Shown: piece after piece, positions 11,938 to 24,762 of the stretch
Layout: the number at the start of each line of letters is the position of its first letter
Position numbering within the stretch: the first letter of the stretch is position 1
From: Octopus sinensis
Lineage: Eukaryota
Reading direction: 5' to 3'
NCBI RefSeq assembly: GCF_006345805.1
Contig: NC_043005.1
Span: 99,696,001-99,760,000 of the forward strand
Length of the DNA stretch: 64,000 nucleotides
The notes under the pieces: model-generated
Told to the model about the DNA's origin: nothing
The model's input: only the letters and a program-made list of their open reading frames with translations
The model's database searches: none
Position numbers and translations under genes: made by a program

Positions 11938-13130
11938 CAAAGCACCAAGTACTTTTTGATAGGATGTCTGAAAATAACTATGGTCGGTCATTTTAATTAA
12001 GAAGGTTATAAATGGACAAAGGAATGGGCAGTCCTGGGGAGAAAGTGAGAGATGGAGGGGGACAAGGTATAATAATGGTGTTCTGACTGCTGGTACTGAG
12101 GAGTGTAGCAAATAGCAAAAAGAAAAAGTAAAAAAAAAAAAAAAAAAAAAAAGAGAGAAAAAACATGGAAGAAGTCCTCAGAAATTGTTTTTGATGATGA
12201 TGAAAATGATGTTGATGAGAGTGACAAAAACTGAAATGGATAATTTTAAAAAATTATACTAACCAAGAAGACACACATACATTCAAAGACAATGGAACCT
12301 AAGACAAGCTATGATTACCTTAATTGCATTATCTAGCAATTATATTGTGGTCTAATATAACATCAGAATTCTAATTTGATCAAAAGACACTCTCCAAACC
12401 AATTCTTCATCTCTCCCACACCAACTTCCAAATGTAAAGAAACGTCTGTTCATTATTTTGCTTCATCTCATTACTTCTGACTAATTAAACTCTAATTAGC
12501 TATTGGAAAGGGTTTTTTTTAAATATATTTTTCTATATTTTTTGTGCTTTTTGTTTTATGAAGCATAACAACATCAAAAATAATAAATAACTTGAGAAAT
12601 AACCAAGATTTAAGGATATTTTCTTTTAAACAGAAAACTAAAAATAAAAAACAAGAAAAAAACAAATAATTAAAAACACACAAAGGAAAACATGATAATT
12701 CTAAAGATAACAGTTTTTCAATATCTTCTTGAGACCTATGCTACATACAGTTCTTTGCATGATGATCAGCTAAAAATAACAATGAATGCTCCCTCAGATC
12801 CTATTCGACCATCTTAAAAAATGAAGGAGACACTGAATTAATGAAGTTCCAGGTAAACAAAAAAAGGAGCCTGACTAGATCCCTGTTGATCATATGTCTA
12901 CTGAATCAGACCTGACCTGGAGCTAAACAACAATAACAATAGTTATTTAGGAATTCTGTTGTGGGGTGGTTTCATTTGGGCAGACCGAGAGAGAGAGAGA
13001 CCAAAGAAGATCTAGAAAAAAGTGGTGAAGGAAGTTCTAGAAAAATGTTAATGGATATAACAAGGTAAATGACTAAGGACTGAAACAATTAGAGATGTAT
13101 AGCATTGCAGAACTGTCCAACCCTAATATT

Positions 13131-13348
13131 GCTTTCAAATTTTGGCACAAGGCCAGCAATTTCGGAGGCGGGAGTTTAAGTCGATTACATCAAGTCCAGT
13201 GTCCAAATGGTATTTATTTTATCGACCCTGAAACGATAAAACAGCAATGTCGACCTTGGCCAAATTTGAACTCAGAACATGAAAATGGATGAAATGCTGC
13301 CAAGCATTTTGCACAGCATCCTAATGACTCTGCCAGCTTCCCACCATA
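13131..13348 (-). mobile_element. SINE family A inserted into an old RTE tail (about 12960-13400)
   Basis: Reverse core; AACCCTAA(A)TATT is duplicated on both sides, and the host tail resumes to (TGA)n at 13378-13400. Confidence 0.75.
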
Positions 13349-13539
13349 ACTAACCCTAAATATTAAAGTAACAAATTAATGATGATGATGATGATGATGA
13401 AGATCACCCTTTTAGTATGAAAAATACTAAGTTGGTAGAAATAGCAGAACACTGAACAGAATTGTAGGTAGTATAAATTTTCAGCCCTCCATCCATCTTC
13501 CCCACCCACTCACTATTCCTGAGAGGTTCATTGGAGTAC

Positions 13540-13990
13540 AGTCCTCAGGTACCTCTTCCATTGGGTCCTGTCAGAAGCAACCATCATAAGACTTTCAAGC
13601 TGGATTCACAAGCTTGATCAACTGAGGTTATGGATATTATTAAATCACTTCATTTTTAGTCTGCCCCTACATGGATCTCCTTTCAGGTGGTTTGGCTTGA
13701 AGAATCTATCTTGTGATTATTTCTTGTGATATTCTAACCACATGTCCATAGCACTGTACATGAGCTGTAATTTCTCATTGTGGAGAATTAATGGTTTGAA
13801 CTAATGAAAAACCCACGATTTCTGAGCTATTCGGGGTAACCAGCTTTTTGATACATGTATTTGTGATTGTACTCTTTCAGTCATTACCCGATGTTTATCA
13901 CCAGTGGTGAGGACAGACACAAAAACTGAAGTGAAGATAGCAAGTTTGGCTTATTTGGCAACCTCTCCTCTTCTGAAGAGTGAATGCTGG
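13540..13990 (-). mobile_element. Old RTE-like LINE C-terminal remnant
   Basis: Minus strand reads QCYGHVVRI..ILQAKPPERR..GRLKMK across frameshifts (WYGHVxRM..GRP motif region). Confidence 0.6.
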
Positions 13991-14094
13991 AGCTGGCTTT
14001 CTGTGTCATTGTCATCATCATCATCCTCAGCATCATCATCGTCACCACCCCCACTTCCTCCTCCTCTTACCCCTCCTCCTCCTCCTCATCATCA

Positions 14095-14485
14095 TCATCA
14101 TCACCACCGTAATTTGACGTCTGTTGTTCATGCTGGCATGGGCTGGATGGTGCGACTGGGGTTGGCAAGCTGGGAGGATGCACCAGCCTCCAGTCTGATT
14201 TGGTATGGTTTCTACAGATGGATGCCCTTCATAACCACCAACCACTTCACAGTGTGTGCTTGGTGCATGTATGTGGCTCTACACTGGCGCCTTTACATGC
14301 TACCACACATGTGCTTTAACATAGCCCTGCATAGGCACTTTCTACGTGGCACTGCATGGCTGCTTCTATGTGGCATGACATGGTGCTTTTACATAGCACT
14401 GCACAGGCACTTTTACATGTCACTACATGTGCGCTTTTATGTGACACTGCATGGGTGCTTTTAGATGGCACTGCCACAAGTACTT
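14095..14485 (-). mobile_element. RTE 3'UTR/tail remnant with degenerate ~21-bp internal repeats
   Basis: CATGCTGGCATGGGCTGGATGG..GGATGCCCTTC, then repeated TGC(T)TTT(A)CA(T/C)G(G/T)CACT units. Confidence 0.7.
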
Positions 14486-14780
14486 TACACCACTAGATAG
14501 ATCAGTCTTGACACTTCTGCTCTGTGAGTGTAAATCATCCTCATTGTCATTTGATCTCTGTTTTTCCCTGCTTGCATGGTTCAGTTGGAATTTTTTGAGG
14601 CAGATTTCCTTTGACAGGATGGCCTTCTTGTCATCAATACTCACCTGTTTCTAAATGAGGTAATATTTCCTTATGGCCAGACACGATTTTTATGGAAGAC
14701 TGAAAACATATGACATTGTTTCTTTGATGACAATGCTCATTTATAACTATCATGAGAAGTCTCGACAAGGGTACACACAA

Positions 14781-14825
<45 letters not shown>

Positions 14826-14839
14826 GCTTCTTTCAGTTT

Positions 14840-15252
14840 CCTTATTTCTTTATTGCCCACAGGGGGCTAAACATAGAGGGGACAAACAAGGACAGACAAA
14901 GGGACTAAGTCAATTACATCGACCCCAGTGCATAACTGGTACTTAATTTATCAACCCTGAATGGATGAAAGGCAAAGTTGACCTCGGCGGAATTTGAACT
15001 CAGAACATAATGGCAGATGAATTACCTATTTCTTTACTACCCACAAGGGGCTAAACACAGAGAGAACAAACAAGGACAGACAAATGGATTAAGTCAATTA
15101 TATCGACCCCAGTGCATAACTGGTCCTTAATTTATCGACCCCGAAAGGATGAAAGGCAAAGTTGACTCAGCGGAATTTGAACTCAGAACGTAATGACAGA
15201 TGAAATACGGCTACGCATTTCGCCCGGCATGCTAACGTTTCTGCCAGCTCAC
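14840..15252 (-). mobile_element. SINE family A with a tandemly duplicated 3' half
   Basis: The block CCCACA.GGGGCTAAACA..GAAAGGCAAAGTTGAC..GAACTCAGAAC occurs twice (about 14840-15022 and 15027-15205). Confidence 0.85.
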
Positions 15253-15412
15253 TGCTTCTTTTGGTTTCCATGTACCAAATCAACTCCTAAGGCTTTGGTC
15301 AGCTTGAGGCTGTTGTAGAAGACACTTGCCAGGGTGTCATGCAGTGGCACTGAACCCGAGACCACATGGATAGGAAGCAAGTTTCTTAACCACACAACAC
15401 AGCCACACCTGT
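15253..15412 (-). mobile_element. SINE family B head
   Basis: GGCTTTGGTC..GTAGAAGACACTTGCC..ACTGAACCC. Confidence 0.8.
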
Positions 15413-15591
15413 GCAAATATATATCGGTAAGAGCCACCAATGAGCATTAAGATGCATTGAGCATCAAAATGCAAAATCATCGATGATTTGGTTATATCTG
15501 TGACAGTAGGGAGCTTTTCTCCCTTGTCATTTCATCATATACGTGTGTGTGTATGTGTGTATATATATATATACATGCACGCACGCGCACG

Positions 15592-15630
<39 letters not shown>

Positions 15631-16301
15631 GCTTAATGAAAAAAAGAATAGTAGCCTCCATAAGACGTTTTCAGGGCCTCTGAGATTGATGGGAGGAAAG
15701 GAGGACCTGAGACCTGGCCCCAATACATCCAATGGGGTTGACCCCATTAAAAATATCCAAACACCAGGTAGTATTTAATTAGAATACAAGTTAAATATAA
15801 TAATAATAATAATAATTAAATAAGATAATAATAAATATAAAATTAATAATATAATATTAAATATAACAATAATAATTCGATTATTATTAAATATAATAAT
15901 AACACAGTTGATTTTGTGATTTATACACCTCCCTCTTTTCAGATTTGGTTTAGTCTCTTGGAAAAAAAAAGAGAAATGAAGATTATTTAGAAATTATATT
16001 CTAATAATTTAGAAATTATATTCTAATAATTAATTCTCAAACCTGGCAGAATATTTGGCAGATAGTCTTTGAGGGAATAAAAAAATTAAAATGTAATTAT
16101 AATTCACAGCTGAAAATAGAAATCTATAAAATATTTATTTTATTTGAATATGAATGTAACTTTATTTCTAATTGTAAGGTTAAAGGTTATGTCAATATTT
16201 TGTCACAATTGAGCATCCATATCAATATCGTAAACTGTATAGATTCAGTTCACCTAGCTATCATTTTAGAAACTTGATTTCAAAAAAAATTTTTTTTAAT
16301 G

Positions 16302-16944
16302 GGGAGACAGCCTAAAAAAAAAAGGGAGACAGCCTAAAAAAATAAAGGGAGACAGCCTAAAAAATAAAGGGAGACAGCCTAAAAAATAAAGGGAGACAGC
16401 CTAAAAAAAAAGGGAGACAGCCTAAAAAAAAAGGGAGACAGCCTAAAAAAAAAGGGGGACAGCCTAAAAAAAAAGGGAGACAGCCTAAAAAAAAAAAGGG
16501 AGACAGCCTAAAAAAAAGGGGGACAGCCTAAAAAAAAAGGGAGACAGCCTAAAAAATAAAGGGAGACAGCCTAAAAAGTAAAGGGAGACAGCCTAAAAAA
16601 ATAAAGGGAGACAGCCTAAAAATTAAAGGGAGACAGCCTAAAAAAAAAGGGAGACAGCCTAAAAGAAAAAGGGAGACAGCCTAAAAAAAAAGGGAGACAG
16701 CCTAAAAAAAATGGGAGACAGCCTAAAAAAAAAAGGGGGACAGCCTAAAAAAAAAAGGGAGACAGCCTAAAAAATAAAGGGAGACAGCCTAAAAAATAAA
16801 GGGAGACAGCCTAAAAAAATAAAGGGAGACAGCCTAAAAATTAAAGGGAGACAGCCTAAAAAAAAGGGAGACAGCCTAAAAAAATAAAGGGAGACAGCCT
16901 AAAAAATAAAGGGAGACAGCCTAAAAATTAAAGGGAGACAGCCT
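16302..16944. repeat. Minisatellite, about 30 copies of GGGAGACAGCCT(A)8-11
   Basis: Near-invariant 12-bp core plus an A-tract; period about 21-22 bp. Confidence 0.97.
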
Positions 16945-17138
16945 ATCTCTTTCTCTGTATCCAACTTCAGTTTTTTAGATTTGTATAAATTGCTGAAATA
17001 GATATTTTTCAATAACAAAAAGTAGAATAGAGAGGGTATGTTAAAATCATTGGCTATAAATATATGATCACAAGTTCAAGTCTTACTGGATATATTGATT
17101 TTGTAGCTTTGAGGAAAATACATGAACAATGAATTATA

Positions 17139-17660
17139 CCATAAATTCTCGAATATAATCTGCATATTTTTCCCCAAATTTAAAGGTCAAAATCCCTAGT
17201 GCATACTTTATACGAGGTTACAAAGGAAAAATATTTTCTAAGCAATGTCCAAGTCTCTATTTGCTGTCTGGCAATGTTTATTCAGACACATTTTGTGATG
17301 TCGGGCATGAAAATGCCTTAAGGTAAGCCTGGAAGCAATGAAGTCATAAAGGGATCATCCATAACTTGCAGTAAGCAACATTTATTAAAATAAAAGTATC
17401 CAGAACACAGAATAACATGTAACAAAAACAATTTGCAAACATATTTACATTCCCATATAACAGTTAAGAACATCACCATTATTGTATTACGCATGCACGG
17501 AAGTGTTTGTTCAACTAGGTGCTGCTGGTTTAATTACACACAACTCAAGTTAGAGAAGGAGTGCGTATTATACACAAGGCTTTGGTTTTTCAGAGGTACA
17601 GCCCCCTAAAAATCCTCTGCGTATTATATGCAAGGGTGGACTATACTCGAAGATTTACGG
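17139..17660 (+). mobile_element. Tc1/mariner-superfamily (pogo/Tc2-like) MITE, copy 1
   Basis: TA|CCATAAATTCTCGAATATAATC ... GACTATACTCGAAGATTTACGG|TA; about 25-bp TIRs, TA TSD; homologous to 20714-21220. Confidence 0.88.
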
Positions 17661-17674
17661 TACTTGACTAGGGA

Positions 17675-17912
17675 TCATCATCATCATCATAATCATTTAA
17701 CGCCTGCTGTTCATGCTGGTATGGGTTGGATGGTTTGACTGAAGACTGGCAAGCCAAGTGGCTGCACCAGGCTCCAATCTGTTCTGGCAAGATTTCTACA
17801 GCTGGATGCCGTATAGTAGAAGACACTTGCCCAAGGTGCCACACAGTGGGACTGAACCCAGAACCATGTGATTTGTAAGCAATCTACTTACCACACAGCC
17901 ATTCCTACACCT
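17675..17912 (-). mobile_element. RTE tail fragment joined to a SINE family B head fragment
   Basis: (CAT)n..CATGCTGGTATGGGTTGGATGG..GCTGGATGCC, then AGTAGAAGACACTTGCCCAAGG. Confidence 0.75.
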
Positions 17913-18898
17913 ATATATATATGTAAAGGTAAAGTCCAAGGAGACCAGAGAGGATATTTATGGTTGAGCAGGCCTGGAATAACTGGTACATAGATGATAG
18001 TTCCACTTGATCTGGTCAATAGAATTAGCTGCATGTCTTTGACTATCTTTACCCAGCATGTTCTTTCTTTGTATGATATAAGGTTAGGGAGATCTGGTTT
18101 CTAATTTTAGCAAATCAAGCAGCCAGATAGCTTCCTTGATGGTTCAATGACGATCATGATGATAGTGATAGTTTCATTAATCTCAAAGTAATTTCTGTAA
18201 GGGAACAGGGATTGTGGATAGAATTGACTTTAGTGTGTTACAGGTACCAGGGTGGAATGAAAAGGGAAGTTTATTTTATTGGGATTTGAACCAAACAAAA
18301 TGAATTAGTGAACCATCAAGACCTGGCACTCTGTCAGTTATGATAACAGCCTGCTCATGAAATTAACATGCTAGTGGCCGCATGCTCCACGGACACATAT
18401 ACTCTAAATTTAGTTCTAAGATAGATTCAGTGTGACACAGAATGTGACAAGGATGGCCCTTTGAAATATTAGTACTACTCATTTTTGCCTGCTGAGTGGA
18501 CAGGAGCAATGTGAAATAAAGGATCCAATGTGCTGCCATGAATTGAACTCACGACCCTACAACCCTATGACCATGAGCTGAATACCCTGACCACCAAGCC
18601 ACATGCTTTCATCATCAAGATACACCGTTAAACCAACAGTCTAGTATTCTGCTGTGTCAACCAACTCTAACACTAATAAATAATGATGATGATGATGATG
18701 AGCAGGACGAGGATGGAGAAGGAGGGAGATGCAATGAAGTGAGTAGAACATGAAAGACCTACCTGAACACTACACAGCAAACAGACAAACCTCTCTAATT
18801 CATGGAATTATTTCGAAAGTGTCAGCAACATAAAACTACCGATAACAAACTTCAAATTAAGTAGCTTCTGGATCATCACTTAGCAACACCATTGACAG

Positions 18899-18934
<36 letters not shown>

Positions 18935-19326
18935 ATAATGTACATGCATGTATGAGTGTTCTATGTATATGCATATGGATTTATCTAAGTGTGTGTATGT
19001 GTGGAGAGAGAGAGAGTGATGGGGGAAAGTTTAAAGTGAAGCCTTATGATCTCAATGTCAATGAAGAAGAGTTTGTAGGCCTTCTGTGTTAATGCTGTGT
19101 CATTAGCAAATGTTTGGTATTTACACTTGGAACAATGACTGACCAGACTCATCGCTGGTAGAGGTGGTAGAGGTGGTAGTAATAGCAGTGATGGTAGAGG
19201 TGGTAGTAATAGCAGTGATGGTGGTGGTGGTGGTAGCGGCAACTTGGATTACACAGCCAACTATTTCTTTGTCTTCATAAATACACAAAATAAATCACAA
19301 AAAATGTAGTAAAGCATTTTATACAT

Positions 19327-19370
<44 letters not shown>

Positions 19371-19745
19371 CAGAAAATTTGAACCTGATCAAATATATTT
19401 TGTCAAACTCATAGTTATTTATGAACTATCTTGACTTAAATATCTTGCATTGAGTACTTTATTATTCTAAGTGGCCTGACTATATTCGTTTGAAACAGTC
19501 ACTTCTGTGAATATGTGTGTACATTAGGTTTGACCCACTCGACTGGAGTTCATTTTCAAGTCAGGGTCAGCTTTACTGACACTCCTCACATGTTCTATTC
19601 TAAATACTACTTTCTTTATGATAGTAATAATTATCTACTTGTGTAAGACCTCCGCTTTCCTCTGTACGTGTGTGTATCTATATTTATGTATGTGTAAGTC
19701 TGTATATTTTGAGAATACATGCCATCAATAATAAAATAAAAATAA

Positions 19746-19993
19746 ATGTGCCCTTTTAAAGCCTAGCCAGGCTCATGGGCCCAGTTTTCCGGTTTCTATG
19801 GTGTATGTGTCCCCCAGCTGGAATGGACGCCAGTCCATCGCAGCGTTACTCATTTTTGCCAGCTGAGTGGACTGGAGCAACGTGAAATGAAGTGTTTTGC
19901 TCAAGAGCACAACGCATCACCCAGTCCAGGAATCGAAACCACAATCTTAGAATCACGATGCTGACACCCGAACCACTAAGCCACGTGCCTCCA
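19746..19993 (-). mobile_element. tRNA-derived SINE family D
   Basis: Reverse head GTGGCTTAGTGG..GGTTTCGATTCC, CTTGAGCAAAAC core; CCATCAATA on both flanks; near-identical to 21424-21672. Confidence 0.88.
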
Positions 19994-20041
19994 CATATTC
20001 CATCAATATCAATGCATTTCTAATGTTAACTTACAATTTCA

Positions 20042-20421
20042 TTCTTTTGTTACCACAAACTGCTCTTGCTTCAGTTAGTTTGAAATATAATGAAGAACTC
20101 AGTGAAATAATTTTCTCATAATCAAGGGGGGTGTTTAGACCATAAATTAGCATGAAATTTTGAGTAAAGTTTTAATTTAGATCACTTTAATCATTTAGCC
20201 CAAACCAGTCAGATTTGGCCTCTCATAGCTACCCTCTAATGACATTCTAAAAATAAACAGTCACATCATCAAAATCCTAAAGATATTAGGCATTGCAGGA
20301 TTAATTCAAAACCATGGGATAAGCAATACTTTTGACAGAATAATTTGAATTTTAAAGGGTTAAAATAGGCTTGTCTTCCTCAGAATCACAGGTGGTCTCA
20401 GGTGTGTTGCTATCAAAAGAG
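20042..20421 (+). mobile_element. Degenerate TTAA MITE containing a second TTAA MITE at 20191-20359
   Basis: Outer element TTCTTTTGTTACC..AAAAGAG|TTAA (same family as 10585 and 34165). Inner element bounded by TTAA at 20187-20190 and AAAGGG|TTAA at 20354-20363. Confidence 0.65.
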
Positions 20422-20713
20422 TTAATATACTGAAGTGATAGTTTATAATTGGTGTTGTTGTCATTTGACCCAGACAGACAGACAGACAGACCTTTTATCA
20501 AAGACATTTCAGCTGTAAACATCTCATCTTTTCTTTGAGTACAGTGTAGTTGAATTTAATGGTAGTATCTAATGTGATGGGGATTTAGCTTCTGTTTCTG
20601 GCAAATTGAGAAATTTCAAAGAGGTTCTTTCATTGGCATCTCATAATGACCATAATTATAGTCAGAATCTTCTGTTATTAGTGTTAGTCTTTTTCCTTTT
20701 TCTTTTTATGATA

Positions 20714-21220
20714 CCGTAAATCCTCGAGTAAAATCCACATTTTTTCCCCAAAATTTAAAGGTCAAAATCCCTAGTGCGTATTATATATGAGGTTAAAAGT
20801 GAAAAATATTTTCTAAGCAATGTCTGAGTCTCCATTTGCTGTCCGGCAATGTTTATTCAGACGCATTTTGTGATGTCAGGTGCTAATCCTGAAAGTAATG
20901 AAGTCTTAAAAGAATCATCCATAACTTGCAGGAAGCAACATTTATTAAAATAAAAGTATCCAGAACACAGAATAACATGTAACAAAAACAATTTGCAAAC
21001 ATATTTACATTCCCATATAACAGTTAAGAACATTACCATTATTGTATTACGAATGCATGGAAGTGTTTGTTCGACTAGGTGGTGCTGGATTAATTACACA
21101 CGACTCAAGTTAGAGAAGGAGTACGAATTATACACAAGGTTTAGGTTTTTCAGAGGTACAGCCCCCTAAAAATCCCCTGTGTATTATACTCAAAGGCGGA
21201 CTATACTCGAAGATTTACAG
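20714..21220 (+). mobile_element. pogo/Tc2-like MITE, copy 2
   Basis: TA|CCGTAAATCCTCGAGTA ... TACTCGAAGATTTACAG|TA. Confidence 0.88.
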
Positions 21221-21423
21221 TAATCTAAATTAGGGCTATGGATCGGCGGAAGTGATTTTTGAAGTATCACTGATCTTTATGTTCTGACTTCAAATCATGA
21301 CTGGATTGTTTTGACTTTTCTCCTTCTGAAGTTGATAAAATACCAGCTAAATAATTGGATCAATATAACTTGCTAAGAATGCCCTTCCCTCTGCCAAATT
21401 TGTGACCATATGTCTATAAATAA

Positions 21424-21672
21424 ATGCGCCCTTTTAAAGCCTAGCCAGGCTCATGGGCCTGGTTTCCCAGTTTCCATGGCGTATGTGTTCCCCAGCTGGA
21501 TGGGACACCAGTCCATCGCAGCGTTATTCATTTTTGCCAGCTGAGTGGACAGGAGCAACATGAAATGAAGTGTTTTGCTCAAGAACACAACATGTCGCCT
21601 GGTCCAGGAACCGAAACCACAATCTTACGATCATGATGCTGACACCCTAACTACTAAGCCACATGCCTCCAC
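21424..21672 (-). mobile_element. SINE family D
   Basis: As 19746-19993; ATATGTCTATA is duplicated on both flanks. Confidence 0.88.
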
Positions 21673-22351
21673 ATATATATGTCTATACTAGTCTAAATTA
21701 AATTAAAGTAGTAGAATTTCAGATCCAAGAGAATCGGTGACTAAATACTCTCTACTATTTACTTGAACATGTTTTACTCCCTAGAGTATCAATAGGATCA
21801 GGACATGTTATGTATCAGGCTTATAGTCCCAAAATGTTAGGGCAGATAAATATTATGTATCACACTAACATCTTTGTTCCTTTCAATTTTTCAAAATTTA
21901 TTGTCCGTTTTATGAGAGCAGCTTTTATCACTTATTCCTGTGTTTTCTTTGGTCTTGCTCTTCCACAATTTTTGTTCACTTTGATATCCTGGAATTTCCT
22001 TTTCTTTCTGTTGCTCTCCATATACATGATATGCTCATGCTAATGGAGTCTTTAGTTTTGTACACTACACTGGATTAATCTTACATTTTATATTTCACAG
22101 CTCTACTATACCATGTCATTCATGCCTACTAACATAGTACATCCAGTGGAAATATCCTTACATCTTTCAGTACCAATGTCACACCACACTATATCTAAAA
22201 ATAGGTGTAATAGTCATGGTTGGAATACCTTAAATCTTGCCCAATAAAAACTGATCTGGGAAAAACACAATAACAACCAATAAAATATTCTTCATTTACA
22301 CATATTTTATGTGTTTCCTGTATCTTTAAATATTTTTAATTGACTTAATAT

Positions 22352-22745
22352 TTACTCTTTTACTTGTTTCAGTCATTTGACTGTGGCCAGGCTGGAGCAC
22401 CACCTTTAGTCCAGCAAATCGACCCCAGGACTTATTCATTGTAAGCCTAGTATTTATTCTATCGGTCTCTTTTTCTGAACCGCTAAGTTATGGGGACGTA
22501 AACACACCAGCATCGGTTGTCAAGCGATGTTGGGGAGACAAACACAGACACAGAAACATATACACACACACATACATATATACGACGGGCTTCTTTCAGT
22601 TTCTGTCAACCAAATCCGCTTACAAGGCTTTGGGTCGGCCTGAGGCTATAGTAGAAGACGCCCAAGGTGCCATGCAGTGGGACTGAACCCGGAACCATGT
22701 GGTTAGTAAGCAAGCTACTTACCACACAGCCACTCCTGTGCCTGT
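22352..22745 (-). mobile_element. SINE family B, full length
   Basis: Tail TTACTCTTTTACTTGTTTCAGTC through head CACACAGCCACTCCTG. Confidence 0.92.
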
Positions 22746-23172
22746 TTACAATATAATTTGTTAAATTATATTGAAACTGAGCATATTTATTTAAAGTGGG
22801 TGACTTCTTTATCATTTGTGAGTTGTGATATCATTGTATGATTTAATTAGATAGAGGAGGGAATGGCTGTACCCTTGACTTTCAGCCATGCTCTCTCCTG
22901 CCACACAGACAAGATTAGTATGGTTGATGTTCAGCTTGAAAGTGAGATGATAACACTTAACACAAGAATGAGGTGAGAATTCTGGAGGTGGATAAAAAAA
23001 AAAGGATCAGGAATAAGGATCGGAGTATGAGAGACAGTATCAGCAATGAAAGAGGGTTTAGTCTGGTAGGAGGTGATTTACAATCAGTGCAGAGGATCAG
23101 AAGCTGTTGTGGCAGTTTCAGAATACGTTGAGATGGGACGATGTACATGTAGGCTAGAGATGGTGGTGCTTT

Positions 23173-23934
23173 TGTGGTGGACAGTCGAGGTTGCCATGTG
23201 ATTTATAGTAGAATTGATTGTAGATTATATGTGTAATGGTTTTTAATCGATTGGTAAACATTATTAAGATATGTCCGGGAGTCAGCAGTTGTGACGATAA
23301 ATACTTGTTGTTAGGACAGCATACTGTAGGATGTGAAAGATAGATGATGCATGAAGTTTTAAGAAGGTATTTATTTACCGTTATGTTACAATACCTTGCC
23401 TTGACGGGCAGGTTGATAAATCCAAAAGCATTCGAAAGTTAGATGCGGTAGAATGTTTGAGTTTGGGTTCTCTTCATTGTTTAGTAGTAATTACAGAGAG
23501 AGAGATAGAATGATGTTGTAAGAGAACAGAATTAGAGCTAGAGAGAATGGTGGGGTTTTGTCTCATAGCTGCTTTCTCCCTCTGACCAAGGTTGGTCAGC
23601 CAGACCATGTTGAGTCGTCAAGATGTGACTGACTGATTTTTGCTTGGGATGTGCTTGCTTATATTAAGATCCAGAAGGAGAGATATATCCTTGAGAACAA
23701 TAGATTTAGTTGGTGGCCTTGTTATCTATTCTAGCTTTTGGTGAAGTAGAAGAGGTTAGAAAGGGTCAAGTGGTGAAGACATTATTTCGGCCTAGCTAAA
23801 GGCATCTGGAAAATGTAAAACTGCTGTCAGAGAAAAACATTGTTCCATTGTGGGAAAGTTCTGTAGCAGTGTTAATTTAAATTTGGCTGTGGTGGATCGA
23901 ATCCACTTCATGCATGCAAGCAACATTCACTACA
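23173..23934 (-). mobile_element. Possible solo LTR
   Basis: Terminal inverted TGTGGTG/CACTACA (TG..CA ends). On the minus strand a TATA-like TAATATAAG (about 23660) precedes AATAAA (about 23370). No TSD found. Confidence 0.35.
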
Positions 23935-24250
23935 CATGTTAGTTAAAATGTTCTGTGATATTGTGTTGTTGCTACACTCTTCTTAAGTGTTGTAGTCAAA
24001 TCTTGTGGGACCAGCTTTGTTTTCATCCAACCACAGTAGACAGAAAACATCATTAATATACTGAGAATTGATTCCATTGGTGACAACCTCCACTGACTCC
24101 TGTTTCGTCTGACTTTGTGTCAGTGTAAAACATTACTGTTGTATTGTGATGGAGAATGAGGAGGCAGCATCTCTCATATGTTGTGTATCTGTAAATGCAC
24201 AACATATAGCTTGTGTGTATACACAGCATATTTATTTGTATATACAACCT

Positions 24251-24762
24251 GTGAAGGTGCAATGGCCCAGTGGTTAGGGCAGCGGACTCGTGGTTGTAGG
24301 ATTGTGGCTTCGATTCCCAGACTGGGCATCATGAGTATTTATTGAGTGAAAACACCTAAAGCTCCATGAGGCTCCAGCAGGGGGTGGTGGTGAACCCTGT
24401 TGTACTCTTTCACCACAACTTTCTCTCACTCTTTCTTCCTGTTTCTGTTATGTCTGTATTTCAAAAGGCCAGCCTTGTCACACTCTGTGTCACACTGAAT
24501 CTCCCCGAGAACTACGTTAAGTGTACACGTGTCTGTGGAATGCTCTGCCACTTGCATGTTAATAAATGAGCTGCGATGTCACGGGTGCCAAGCTGCTTTG
24601 GCCTTTGCCTTTCCCTTGGATAACATTGGTAGCATGGAGAAGGGAGGCTGATATGCATGGGTGACTGCTGGTCTTCCATAAACGACCTTGCCCAGACTTG
24701 TGCCTCGGAGGGTAACTTTCTAGGTGCAATCCCATGGTCATTCATGACTAAAGGGGGTCACA
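24251..24762 (+). mobile_element. SINE family C, long variant
   Basis: tRNA head TGGCCCAGTGGTTAGG..CTTCGATTCCC; 11-bp TSD ATATACAACCT at 24240-24250 and 24763-24773. Confidence 0.9.

Noticed and set aside
13904-14464. 186-aa ORF with poly-S/P/H
   Set aside because: Composed of trinucleotide microsatellite plus the antisense RTE tail.
16302-16944. CRISPR-like appearance of the regular array
   Set aside because: The spacers are only A-tracts, there are no cas genes, and the context is eukaryotic.
23985-24200. Possible minus-strand exon or PBS-like TGGTGACAACC
   Set aside because: Short frames with no recognisable protein, and no adjacent LTR end in the right orientation.
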